From: Penicillus capitatus
Lineage: Eukaryota; Plantae; Chlorophyta
Assembly (NCBI GenBank): GCA_965649825.1
Contig: OZ287702.1
Span: 734,786 to 798,785 of the forward strand
Length of the DNA stretch: 64,000 bases
Reading direction: 5' to 3'
A program made the position numbers and the translations under genes. The notes below the pieces were generated by a model that was given only the letters and a program-made list of their open reading frames with translations, was not told where the DNA came from and did not search any database. Positions 1 through 12,520 of the stretch are shown piece after piece. Numbering within the stretch: the stretch's first letter is position 1; each line of letters opens with the position of its first letter.

Positions 1-1
1 A

Positions 2-559
2 GGCGTATCAACCGAGCTCAAGAACGAGCAGATCCGAAATGCTGTCGAGGTGGCTGACTACTGTGGCAACATCCGTCGACTGGAGTGTCCAGTGACAGGA
101 CAGGAGTCGAGTACCGCTTTCGTAGAAATCAGTTCTGCCGAAAGGGCCGCCTCCTTCGCAGAGGACATGAAGAACTTTCTCTTCATCATGGGACGCTCTC
201 CCCGTCCGGCCGAAGCAGACATCTTTCGATTTGGACCCCCGCGCGGATTCGAAGGCATCTTCGATCGTGCCATCGAATCTGTCTTCTGTCTGAAAATGCG
301 TGAAATGGATCCTGCACTCTACTCCAAGACGCACGTCATCGATCTGTCCTCCTGTACTGAAGAGAAGAAGAAGCGTTGTGCGAAGATTCGGAGAATTCTG
401 GACGGTATGATGGCGATGCGTGGTGACTGGAAACTCGAGTCCTACGCCTTTCAGCAAGATCTACATGTCCGTCAGAAAGACTGGATCGATAGAGAGATGA
501 AGAAGCTGGAGAAACTGGAACGCGTCGTCCCACAGTTTTTCGATGAAAAGGAACGATAG
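2..559 (+). CDS. RRM-domain protein, AIPP1/EDM3-like (5' truncated by window edge)
   Basis: Frame is open from base 2. AFVEISSAERAASFAEDMKNFLFIMGRSPRPAEA resembles the plant AIPP1 RRM segment (ALVEM...FPFMMSGMPRPVRA) and is followed by a helical/coiled C-terminus. Recognised from memory. Confidence 0.55.
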   Translation, partial: GVSTELKNEQIRNAVEVADYCGNIRRLECPVTGQESSTAFVEISSAERAASFAEDMKNFLFIMGRSPRPAEADIFRFGPPRGFEGIFDRAIESVFCLKMREMDPALYSKTHVIDLSSCTEEKKKRCAKIRRILDGMMAMRGDWKLESYAFQQDLHVRQKDWIDREMKKLEKLERVVPQFFDEKER

Positions 560-951
560 AGCCGACATCATCCGATGACAGCGACTTCTGTATCACTCTT
601 AAAGTGTGATGACGATCATTCGTCCTTTAAAGCTCTAAGTTCTATCCTGCGTCTCTCCCGATACCCCAACAGTTGTGCTCTCTAGCGTAAGGCGCGATCA
701 AGTAGAGAGAACGGGTTTATAGTGCGTTTTACACGATTCTGTACAACTGTGCTACAAACGGCAGAGACGAAAGACATCTTCTATTCCGGACGTCTATCTC
801 CCTGGAAGGTATCAGGTCTCTTATTTCAGGCACAAATTTTTTTGCTACTGATAATCATGTGGTCAAGTCATTTCTCTGTGTAATGATCTTGACTTGCGGC
901 ATCCGTCGACGTTGCTGTCCACGGCTCGGTGTGCTCTTTCCAAACATCGCT

Positions 952-3133
952 TCACAATAGATCGAGGTCACTACTGCGACGCACTTGGTCAGAATTCACA
1001 GTGCGCAAGACCTGATGACCATTTTCCAGTTCCTTATCCGCTGCCGTTTGTTTTGAGGATGGATGGGGCCGCTGAAGAACAGATCGGGAAATGGAAATGA
1101 CGACAGGTGTGATCAGAAGCGACAGGCCTGTCACGCCGACTAGCAAGAGGTACATCTCCACCTCCAGCAATCCAAAGTCGACGCCGATGGACAACAAGAC
1201 AAAGGCGAATTCACTGATCTGTGCCAAACTTAAGCCCACCTAAAGCAAAACGCCAGTCCTCTTCGTTCTTGCTTGCTGGGTTTACAAGCAATGACGTGCG
1301 GCTGTCGAAACGGAAGGCACGGACAACAAAGGTAATGACGGATGCTTTGCAGACAAGCACAGCGATGACGCTGCAAGTCAGGATAGCGATGTGTTCCCAG
1401 ACGAAGGTGGGCGACACCATGAGGCCAATGGAGGCCATGAACAGCGTCATGAAAATGTTTCGGGCGCCTTCGATGGCCTTGATCGCTGTTGGCGCTTGGG
1501 GAGTGGAGGACAGTAGACACCCAGCCAAGAAGGCGCCCAATTCGTGAGACAGTCCGATCCACCCCGTGAGAAGTGCACAGAGAAAGCAATAAGAGAGCAG
1601 CATGATCTGAAAGAGATCCTGACTAAAGAGCCTAATAGAGAAGCCGGATAGAAGTCAGTAAAGAGGGACAAGCAGATGATCTCACGAATTGGCTCTCTTG
1701 ATAAGGGGAGGCAGAATAGTTCTCGAAGTGAATGCGCCAACGCCGACGAGGGCAATGAGCTTGGCGGCGAGACTGAGCAGCAGGGGAAAAATGGACGACT
1801 CTGCGCATCACAGAACTCGAGTGCTTTCGGAAGGGCTCTGACAACCTTCATCGGCATTTGCAGGTTGATCCTGTTGTCCTCGGATAAGAGGCATCGTCGC
1901 AAACATGAGACCCACTGTACAATCTTGCAGGATGAGTGTGCCGATCGTGATCTGTCCGTAAGGAGAGCTCGTGGATTTGCTGGATTCCAGACAATTGGCC
2001 ACGACAGACGTGGATGACAGCGATAGAAGGGCACCGATAAACGCTCCGATACCGACGTCTGCTCCAGTAATGGAACAACCGAAGACCATGATAACGACAA
2101 AGGTAAGCATCTCTATCAGACCACCTGGCAGTACACAACTGAATAAGTTCAGGCATCGTCATCTGACGGGGGATACCAAAGAAAGCGACACCGCCCACTG
2201 CATGGATCTTGGCAAGGGAGAACTCCAATCCCAGGTAAAAGAGAAGCAGCTGGACTCCCAGCTGAGCTAGAGACTGGACTTGAACGAGTTCCTGTGACAC
2301 AGCATGAGAGGGGAAGATAGAGGAGAAGGGTGACCTGAATCAGCATGAATCCACCTGTGCCCACAATAGATCCAGCGACAAAATATCCGTTAATGACGGG
2401 CTGGCCGAAGCACTCAAACACCAATCCCAAACACTGTCTTGCGCAAGACAATAAGCAAAAGTATACAGCACTTGTGTCTTACAGCTGCCGCTGTGTAGAG
2501 AATCGTCAGATCTTGAATAAATACCGGATCGAGCGTGAGCACACCGAGCTCCCTGTAACCCACGCGCCAATCTTAAGGCCTCCACCCAGCGTCGCTGCAC
2601 AGACTTGGGTTTGGATAGCACGAATTCATTGTCGTGTGAGTCGATCATTCGGTCCACATCCGACTCCATCTCATGTGCCTTGGCAGAACTCGTGTGATTC
2701 GATACCGTACTGTTACCCGCAACAGCTTCACTCGATGTGGTATTTCCATTCCCTCTCTGCTTATGACTGACGCGCACCACCGTCTCCATCAATCCCTGTT
2801 CGTGTTTACCCATGTATCCGATATCGAAGACGATGGATGTTTCGATGGACTGACTTGTTCAGACTTGGCACTCTGATTGTAGGCGATGCCCTTTTTCTCC
2901 TCCGCCTCGCGAAGGTCGCCGGCGAACTCCTCCTTGACGTAATTTTCCACCTTGGAAGCAATCGTCCCTCTACCGTGGTGGGTATCCTTCGAGTTGGCTT
3001 TGTCTGAGTTCCTCAGTGTCGAGGCATTGTTTCCAACGGCGTTTTCAGCAGACAAGACCGAAGTGATATCGTTTCCATGGCAGAGGACAACGAAGAATGA
3101 GAAAACGAGTAAGGTAGCAACGAACGCGTTCAT
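952..3133 (-). CDS. KEA: K+/H+ efflux antiporter, CPA2 family, KEA4/5/6 (TMCO3)-like; multi-exon
   Basis: Exon fragments GQPVINGYFVAGSIVG, LAQLGVQLLLFYLGLEFS, LSLSSTSVV, GTLILQDCTVGL, ELGAFLAG and GLSLAQISEFAFVLLS. Signal-peptide-like start MNAFVATLLVFSFFVVLC at 3133. The 3' end is approximate. Confidence 0.9.
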
Positions 3134-3265
3134 GGACGAAGAAGAACAGGTCATAGCCGAGTTCTGCTCGCTGCTCGATGATCGATGATCATACACGCTC
3201 CTGTCACGTCACATCACGATTGGAATTTTGAGACGAGAAAGATTGCAGTCAATAGCGACGTCATC

Positions 3266-3896
3266 ATGCAAGGTGTTCGACTGACGACGACCGAAATCGA
3301 CGTCTGTCGAAAGCTTTTCAATCGCTACGATAAAAACAGTAAACGACAGCCCTATGCGAATAGACTGTGCGATGAAAGATGACAGAGAATGGGACGATTG
3401 ACATTGTCGAGATCAAATCTGCGCTGACGGCGATCGGCCAATCGATATCCGATGAAGATCTGTTTCTCCTCATGAGCGAAGTAAGCAACGCAGAGAGCGA
3501 TGCCAGTCATCGACGCGATCCAGGCCGATGCGAATAACAGCGGTGTCATCGAATTTGAGGAGTTTCTTAAGGCGATAGAAAAACAGAAGAAGGCGGCAGA
3601 GAAATCCAGAGACATCCACGCCACCGTCGACGCCTTTGTGGCTCTCGGCGGAAATGTTCATCGAATCACGCCGGAGACACATTGAAAGGCGTCTCTGTGT
3701 ACAGGCAGACAGGACGGGGAAGATTTCATTGGACCGACTGCGTGACACCTTGCAAGTGAGCACTCGTACGCTCTGCATTCCTGAATGACCAAGTTGTCGA
3801 GAATAGGAGTTTGATTTGATGCCGAATGTCCAGTTTCATGACAAAGATGGATCAGGCTTTGTGGAATTTGACGAGTTCAGAGCGCTGTTTGATTGA
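3266..3896 (+). CDS. DLE1: Outer-arm dynein 18 kDa Ca2+-binding light chain LC4 (EF-hand protein); spliced
   Basis: Spliced product has DKNKNGTIDIVE, DANNSGVIEFEE, TVDAFVALGGN..DRTGKI and DKDGSGFVEFDEFRALFD. The DAFVALGGN signature matches Chlamydomonas LC4. Confidence 0.8.
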
Positions 3897-4380
3897 CTGT
3901 ATTGTTGTTGTAACCCCGATTACGCCTTATATATGTATCAAAGCTCCTTTTTGGCAGCGCATGGATGTCGCCTGTCTGAAGCGGAACTCGGCGACGTATT
4001 CACTGAGGCCGCCGCCGCGTGGCATATCACCGATGATCTGTTAAGCGATTGCTAGCTGCAAAACATCGTCGACCGCGAACGATGGCGACGTCCTCTTGTT
4101 GCATACCTGCAAGAATCCAGCCGCCAGATGCGTCGAGATACTTCGCAAACGTCGCATGAAAGAAGCACACGCACACTCCGGTGTTACCCTTAGAACAACA
4201 CATCGCCCTGAGGTGTCCAGCCGAGGAGGAAATGAACTGATTGTGGCAGCACCAGATCCTGATGCGACTTTGAAGGAATGTAGAAGTGATTGATTGTGAC
4301 ACCATCGCCGTGCTCCGCACGGCACATCCCGTCTTTGTGTTTACTCTCCTATCTCTACTTTAGTGTGCACAAAAAGGAAC

Positions 4381-7300
4381 ATGTCACATAGCAGTAAGCC
4401 GTTATTTCTCGCTATTCGCAGAACACACTGTTGATATTAGGCACCACTTCGAAACAACTATGTCGACACTTCGTCAGAACAGGATCATGCAAGTTCGGGA
4501 CCTCGTGCCGATTCTCGCACGACACATCGGATCCCGAGAACGTTGCGCGAACATTGCAAGTGACTGAAGAGAAGAAATGGACTGGGAAAACCGCGATCTG
4601 TCAGTTTTTCGCGCGCAATGGGACGTGCCGGTTCGGCGACGACTGCCGCTACTTACACGCCAGGCCGGACGAAGTCCTCCATGAATCCGCGAGCGACGAC
4701 ACTGACGCACCTACTGTTTTCACGTAAGTCCACAGTTCAAATGCGATTCGGAAGTAGACCTAGGAGAGTATTTCGGCAGTATGTTCGTCGAAATGCGATT
4801 GGAGAGATGCTCGACAAGGCAAGCGCACGCGTTCATTCAGTGCATGGAGAGATGCCTCAACGCCGACAGCGGAGGAGACGAGCTGACTGTTCTCCGGACG
4901 CTCGGCAGTGAGATTGGAGAGGAGATCTTGCTTAACCTCTTCGGTCCACAGAAAAAATTTGTGCTGAATCAAACAAAAACGACAACAACTACCGAAGTGC
5001 GCCTGACTTGTCTTTTTTTCTATTTCGACGTAAATATGGTGTTATCTAAAGGTGTCCTTCCTCTATACTTTCGTTCCATTCCTAAGATTGGTGACCTCAC
5101 CATCGATTCTGAAATCAACACTTCAGAAATACGTGAACGCATTTCTCGAATACTTGGGTCGGGCTTTTGAGTGGACTCAGATCCAGTCGATGCTCAAAGA
5201 GCTTCTGTCGATGAAGGTCCCTCCTTCGCTGTCTGAGACAGATCTGTCTGCTTCGGATCGAAATGATCGATCGGGATTTCGGCAGTCGGATGCGGAAAAC
5301 AAAGATATGTGGTTAGAGGTCCTATCTCCGCTCCTGCTGTTCTTCTTGGAGCTCCTTCGGCGATTCGACAGCTCCTTTCTAAAGGACATCTCACCTCTTC
5401 AGTCTCACCTTGAAGCTATAAAGGATCGCACTCTTATCGATTTCGCACACCCTCATCGAAAACACCGGAAGTTTGTAAAAGCCTACACAGAGTTTTCAAA
5501 GTAAAAAGAGATTCCGTCACAATGCGTTGCATTTTAAGAGATGGTGATTGTATCAGTCTTTTTGCACAGAAGACAAACAGAGATGCGTCAGGAAACGCAC
5601 TTGCAAAGAAGCTTGTATTGCTGAAAACTTCCAGAAGAGTGGAAAAACGTTCAAAAGTAAACATGTATGCTGATCCGCCAGGTATGCAGTTTGCCATCGA
5701 CTGGCATACGAGTGTTGCCCTCAGGTATGCTGAATCCAAAGGGTCCGAGACACGACAATGATCACAGTGACATTGAAGAGATCTGCATTGTCCCGACGGA
5801 AGAAGAGGCTCTCTGTTCATCGCCGCCCTACCTCCCCCCGAACAAGTGCTTCCCGGCCCTTTGCTTGCATGATGACAGCTGAAGGGTTCCACAGGGCTGG
5901 TTCCGTTGTGCATCTTCCTGCAGGCAGCGTCGAGGCCCATCGCGATCTGCACTTCCGTTTGCTGCGCTTCAATCTCGTCTCGGACATCCAAACAGCCATC
6001 GCGAACTTCATGGAATCTGGAGGAATCGACGCTTTGCGGAACCCTGTCAGAACACGTTAACGAATTCGGGTTGGTGGATGTTGCTCTGTTGATAGGATCA
6101 GCTGAAGAAGACAGTGACCTGTGGTTTTGAATCCAGAGATGTCTCGATGGATATCTACAGACATGTGGAGGTGGTGTCCATGGGAGCAAATCGATTCGAA
6201 GGGGTCTACTATAACGTACGCCGCACACCATTTGGCTCTTTAGTTATTTTCCAAGCCTTGCCAGATTGAATTCAACGAACCTGGGTTGTTAACGAGGTAT
6301 TCATCGCAGCAGAAAATGGCTTTTTGGAAACGGACGAAGCGATTGGCTCACGGAACTCTGATCTGCATTTGCTGGCACACGGGCAACACTCAACGCCCCC
6401 ATCTTGTCTTTGGATCTATCGGAGAGCGTAATGAACATAAGCTGTCGTCTTCCCGTCCCACTCTCGGCATCCGGTTAGATCTCGCAGTTGTTCTTTTCTT
6501 GTTGAAGGAGACTTGTTAGATCGCTGCCGCGTCCTTACAACGAGAAACTCATGTCTCTCATGCTGAAGGATGAAGACCACAACCACACATTGAAGTCAGA
6601 AGTGGTCATGTTACAAGCAGGCCCGAGCTTCTTTGCGTTTGAGTCCGTTTTGGCAGCTCTCAAAACAGCTCCTATACCATTGGACGACATCATTGCACAG
6701 CCGCCACCGCCTCCATCGACGGTGGACCTTAGCAAAGAGGCATCACTCGTTGTTGAGTTGCATTTCTTGACAGAAAGGAGGAACAAACCAGCAGGTGATA
6801 ACAGTACCTGAGTATGCAGCGTATGGAGGGACATTCGACCTCGGATTCCTTTTTCTGAACAAAGATGATCTGTTTCCATGGTTTTATTGGCGCCGAATAC
6901 GTTTCTCTGGAAGACACTGACATTGCTGTAGGGTGCCTACAGTCAATCTAGAGTTTCCTGACGATTTTCCACTTGAAGCAATCAACGAATGGACCACGCT
7001 AGACAAACGCCAAGCAGAGGCTTTGAAAACAGCCCTTACGCAAGAGATCGCTTTGATCCAGGGCCCGCCCGGAACAGGTAGATACACATCTTTTATGGTT
7101 CACTCCAGGAACCGGATCTGTGTGACACTGAACAGGGAAGACATATGTTGGAGTTCAGATTGTCCGTGCTCTGCTGACCTTCAAACATCCCGACCGTTAT
7201 CGTCGTCTTGAAAACTGGCTCTGTGGAATGGGACAACAGGAAGGAAAATCCATTGGTCCAATCCTCTGCATCTGCTACACGAATCACGCACTCGATCAGT

Positions 7301-10300
7301 TCTTAACTGGTCTGCTCAAGGCAGGCATCCGTGACATCATTCGAGTCGGTGGAAACAGCCGTTGCAAGGCACTGGAGCAGTACAATCTGAAGAACATACC
7401 GAAACGAGGAACAGGCGCCACGGGGTACAAGTTGCTGAAAGACAGACTGCCAGGTCTCGAAGAAACAATCGAACTCAGAAGTGCATCTCTCAAGAGATCC
7501 AGTGCAAAGTAAAAAGCTGCCAATGGGGTGCATCACCATATTGTCTTGCTCTTGTTCAGAGCTTTGAGATGGTGTCAAGTGGGCAAGTTCATTCTATCTT
7601 ACTGCCCTCGGTTCTTTGACTATCTGGATCATGCCAGAATGTATGATGGCGTGCGGAAAGATTTCTCCCTTGCGTGGATGGAATGGTGTGAAATGTATTG
7701 GGAATACAGTGATGAAGATTGGCAAGATGCTTGTCTTTTCCCAGATCGCCCTTTAGAAGAGCTACTGCAAATACACGATTTCTGGGACATCTCTCCGACG
7801 GAGCACGAAACGTTGTACAACTACCTGGAGGCAAAAGTTAGGGGAGAAGCAAACGAGACCATGGAAGATTTGATCGCAGAGTATGATTACTACAGAGAGC
7901 AGTATGCAGAACTGAAGCAATCATCAGATTTGGAGTGTCTGAGAAGTGCATCTGTTGTTGGAATGACAACAACATACGTGGCAATGCATCAAGATCTTTT
8001 GGCAAGTCTCCGACCCCGGATTGTGATTTTGGAAGAGGCGGCCGAGGTGTTAGAAGCTCACGTATTGACATCGCTGTCCGCAGACACCCAGCAATTAATC
8101 ATGATTGGAGATCACGAGCAGCTTCGCCCAAAGGTTGACAATTTTTTGCTTCAAGTGCATTCTGGATCGGGATTCGATTTGGATGTTTCGATGTTTGAAA
8201 GGCTCATTACTCAGAGCAACGTCCACCACGTCACACTTCAAAGTCAACGACGGATGCGCCCACAATTCTCAAGGTCTGTTCGGATTGCTACCGCTTTTTG
8301 CTGTTGTAGCTTCATCTCTGTCAGACTGATTCGTTCCACTGTCTACCCTGAGCTTCAGGATCACGCTTCAGTGAAAAAATATCCAGAGGCGGTGCCTGGA
8401 ATGGCTAAGACGCTGTTTTTCTTCGATCATGATCACGAAGAGGACGGTACCGCGGATGCAAAATCCAAGAGCAATACGTTCGAGGCGCACTTTGCGGTTC
8501 ATTTGGCGGCATACCTGCTAAAACAGGATTGCTTCAGACGAGGTGGATTGCTTCTTGGAGCAATAGAGCTCTGAATGCGATGCATAGATGACGTTGCGAT
8601 TGTGACGCCCTATGTGGGACAGCTGCTGAAGTTAAGAAAGCTCACATCAGAAGTATCTCTCCATATGCGCATCGATGAGAATGACAAAGAGCTGCTGGCA
8701 GACTTCACAGCAACAAGTGATCATCTGCTTCCTTTCCACCCCGTCTCTCCAAGCCGTTCTATCCAGGAGATCCAAACGTACCGGCAGAGGACCATATTCG
8801 TGACGATGAGGAAGACCAAGGCGAAAAAGAAAAGAAGAAGGTCTATGCAGACAAAGAAATGCAATCTTGTGTCCGCCTGGCCACTGTGGATAACTTTCAA
8901 GTGAACCCCCCTTTGCAGTAGCTACAACGATGTGACTATCGGCAGGGAGAAGAGGCAAAGGTTGTCATACTGTCGCTCGTTAGAAATCAGAAAGAGGGCC
9001 ACATTGGATTTGTGGGTATCAAGAACAGAATCAATGTCATGCTCTCAAGAGCGCGAGAAGGAATGTATATCCTCGGAAACAGCAAGTCTCTGGAAGCTTA
9101 TCGCAAGAACACAATGTGGAAGGATATCCTCAGCATGATGCGAGAGGAAGGATGTGTCGGAACTGAACTGGAGGTCAGTTGATTCGTACTCTACACATAT
9201 CGTGCTCCACTTTGCTGCTTGTCTCAGCTAAAGTGTCAAAATCATCCGGAGAAGGCAACGAAGATCGCTCACTGGAAAGACTTCGGCCGCTTGGCTGCAG
9301 AAGGCGGATGTCAGGAGCTTTGTGGACAGCAATTACCATGCGGACACATCTGCAGAAGGTCTGTCTATGTGCACACTTTGAATGGTGTGCAGTTGTGGAT
9401 TTGTTCGAGCAGACGCTGTCATGTCACAAACCAAGAACACACACAAAGCGAATGTCCTGTGCTTGTCAGCGTCGAGCTTCCATGTGGGCATGTCCAGCAC
9501 AAGATTCCGTGTCACAAGTACCAGGCTCGTTGATTTGACATACGAAATGAACGCCATTGGATGACAGGGCTGCCAATCCGGCCACTGTCCTCTGTGAAGA
9601 GAGCATCGAGGTGGGTGTCGAAGGATGTCAACATGGTCACAGATACCAGGTGCCATGCTCTCGTGCGAAGCGTTTCTCTGAAAACCCTGAGAGCTGCACC
9701 GAACTTGTTTCTGTGTTGATGCCATTCTGTGGGCATAAGATTAACGTTCCCTGCCACAGAGAGGGCACCATTTCAGAGCATCCACGCAATTGCTTCGCAC
9801 GGTGCCATCGACAGATCGGAGGCTGTGGGCACTTATGCCAGAGGCAATGTGGAGACTGTCTGGATCAAACGCTGAAAAAGAACCCGCAGTTTATACTCTC
9901 GTCATCGAATGTTCATCTGCTGGAGCATAAAAAGTGCCAATCTCTCTGCGGCAAAATTCTGTTCTGTGGCCATTTGTGCAAAGATCATTGTCATCCGGGT
10001 AAATTGCTCATCTTCTCTTTCTGTCTATGGACGTCGTTCGTAGATCATGAAAACTGCAGTCCGTGTCAGGAGAAGTGTTCCATTGTCTGTGAGCATCAAA
10101 AAGAGAGCAACCACAGGAAGTGCTCAGACAAACGCGAATCCTGTGTCGAGCCATGTTCGTGGAAGTGCGAGCACCAGGGAGAGTGCACACTTCCGTGTGG
10201 AGTTCCGTGCAAACGGTTACCTTGTGATCATCGCTGTCGTAAACAACTTGCTTGTGGATGTCAATGTCCATCCCTCTGTGGGGAGGAGTGCCCTTCGGAT

Positions 10301-12026
10301 GCGTTCTGCCATGTACATGCTGACCCTACGGTCAAGAACATGGTCTGTTGTTCACTGCATGCATTGCACCATGCATTTTCGATCACTGTAGGAGGTCGAC
10401 ATGATTCAGTTCCGCAAATACGGAGAGCTGACCGACGAAGACCTCACTCAGGATCCACTGATCGTTCTCAACTGTGGCCACGCTTTCTTAATGTCCACCC
10501 TCGATGGTCACATGGACATCAAGCAGTTCTACGAGCAGGATAAATACGAAAAGTTACTCCCTTGTTGTGGCTGATCTTCTAAGATGATATGGACAGGTGG
10601 ACGAGACCAGTGCTGGGTGAACGCATGGGTATGTTGGACAACAGAAGAGTCTGCATGATCTGCAGATCGCCCATTGTATCCATTCGCCGTTATGGCCGGA
10701 TCATCAAGAAGACAGAGATCGATCTCATGGACAGACGATTCGTTCGCCTCTTTGTCAGAACGCAGAATAAGCTCAAGAGTGATGTCGAGAAGATCGACGG
10801 GGATCTGGACGATCTGAAAGCCAACATGACGAGTGGTCTCGAGGTCCGTTCGACACTGAGGAAGATACAGAGAATTGGAAAGAGGGCAACATCCTGTGCA
10901 GCAGAATACCGAAAACTGTTGGACACTTCGCAACAGTACCTTTGATCATTCTCTGTTGTCACAATGACGTGGTTACTGTTCTGCAGAATGCCATCGATCG
11001 AACTCTATAGACAGACGCTTGATTCCATCATGAGCAAAGCGCTTGAAGAAGAGTGGTCAGAAGAAGAGCTCGCTGCCGAACTCGACGCATTGACTGAACC
11101 CAAACCTGATCAAGCACAGACATGCAGGCAGTGCATGCATCGTCATCGTTTCTGATGATAATTCCTTTGTGTGTTTGCAGAGCTTGCATTGGGTTTGTGT
11201 TTTGCCGGAGACTCTGGTTGCAATGTCATCGGTGTCACATCGAAGTGCTCAGAAACCATATCAGCAAGAGCTCTTATATTTCCACGCAACGGGTGACTGT
11301 TTACATGGTGGCTCTGCATTGAACATGGCCTGTTGTGTAGACCGAGAGAATTCAGGAGATCATTCAACGTGGTTTGCAATTCATTCGGGATATGGATTCA
11401 AACATCGCTGAGCTGATCGGGCTCGCTCAAGAGTCACTGAGCACCAGATTATTGACAGAGGCACACATGGATTCAGCTCAAGTCCATCTCGAATGTCTGA
11501 AATTTGTCACAGAGATATCTGGCATGGTGAAAACGATAGCAATGCGATCCGATCCTACACTTCTCCCTGAATCCATCGACAAACTCCAACGCACAATTCT
11601 GCAGAAGGCTGAAGAAAGCCTGTCAGATGCTCTAGCTGTATGCTCAAGCAGGGAAGAGGTATGGCTGGGATCTGTAACAACAGATCTATCTGATCGACGA
11701 ACGGTTTCTTGTAGAGGATGCAGATCACCTTGCAGCAGAATGAGTTGCGAGATTTGAAGAGCCGACTCTTTCCGCTTTCCATTGAAGCTCAGATTGCTCT
11801 TCTCAAGACGGTTGTTACTTCAGATCCGACCATGCACTCGGGCAGCACCCGTGGCCAGCTGTACCGATGCCCCAATGGCCACTGGTATGTGATTGGAGAA
11901 TGCGGTCAAGCATTGGAACAGAGTCAGTGCCAAGACTGCGGAGCGATGATAGGAGGCAGAAACTATCGACTGACATCTAACAATACAGGCATCACGGAGG
12001 ACGAAGCTGTCCAATTGGGTCTCTGA
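4381..12026 (+). CDS. ZNFX1: NFX1-type zinc finger-containing RNA helicase ZNFX1 (2x CCCH, SF1 Upf1-like helicase, NFX1 Cys-rich repeats, RZ finger); multi-exon
   Basis: Two C-x8-C-x5-C-x3-H fingers (4461-4660). Helicase motifs QGPPGTG, CYTNHALDQFL, VVGMTTT, ILEEAAEV, IGDHEQLRP, SMFERL, QRRMRP, VDNFQGEE and RINVMLSRAR. Many C..LPCGH repeats and C-terminal YRCPNGHWYVIGECG...CQDCGAMIGG. ATG 4381 with a 47-nt intron 4394-4440 restores the frame. Confidence 0.9.
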
Positions 12027-12520
12027 TCGCATTGTTTCGCATAGATGCATTGTCTAACAAGACATATCGTTTTTGGCGGTTTTTGGATTCTTTGTTCGGT
12101 TGCTCCAGACAAGAACGGCGAGCAGACAGATGTCTCTTGTTACAGTGCTATCATGTAGATGAGGGCAGGAGAGGAGCATAACAAAGAAGTCACATCAGTT
12201 ACTCTCGGCTCGTCGTCTCAGATCTCAATACACTCGACATTCAGAAACAGTTTTTTAATGCACAATAGCAGCAATCTGTTGAGGGAAATTCAGGATAGCT
12301 TCGACATCTCTTGAACCATTGTCTGCTTGTTAGACATATCGACCACTTCATCAGATGTTGTCGCATCTGTCACAGACTTATCGTCTCGTACTCTTATCGA
12401 ACGTCGAAACCGAATAGATACCCCTATCACGAAAAAAGCGCTTTCGCCCAATGCATGATGTATCATTGTTAGATCGACACCTTTCGTCTCGTCAACAATG
12501 CCGAAGATTTTTAGTGTTCC

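Noticed and set aside
3900-4330. Possible small minus-strand gene between LC4 and ZNFX1
   Set aside because: I could not assemble a convincing spliced ORF or recognise a motif. It may be UTR or promoter sequence.
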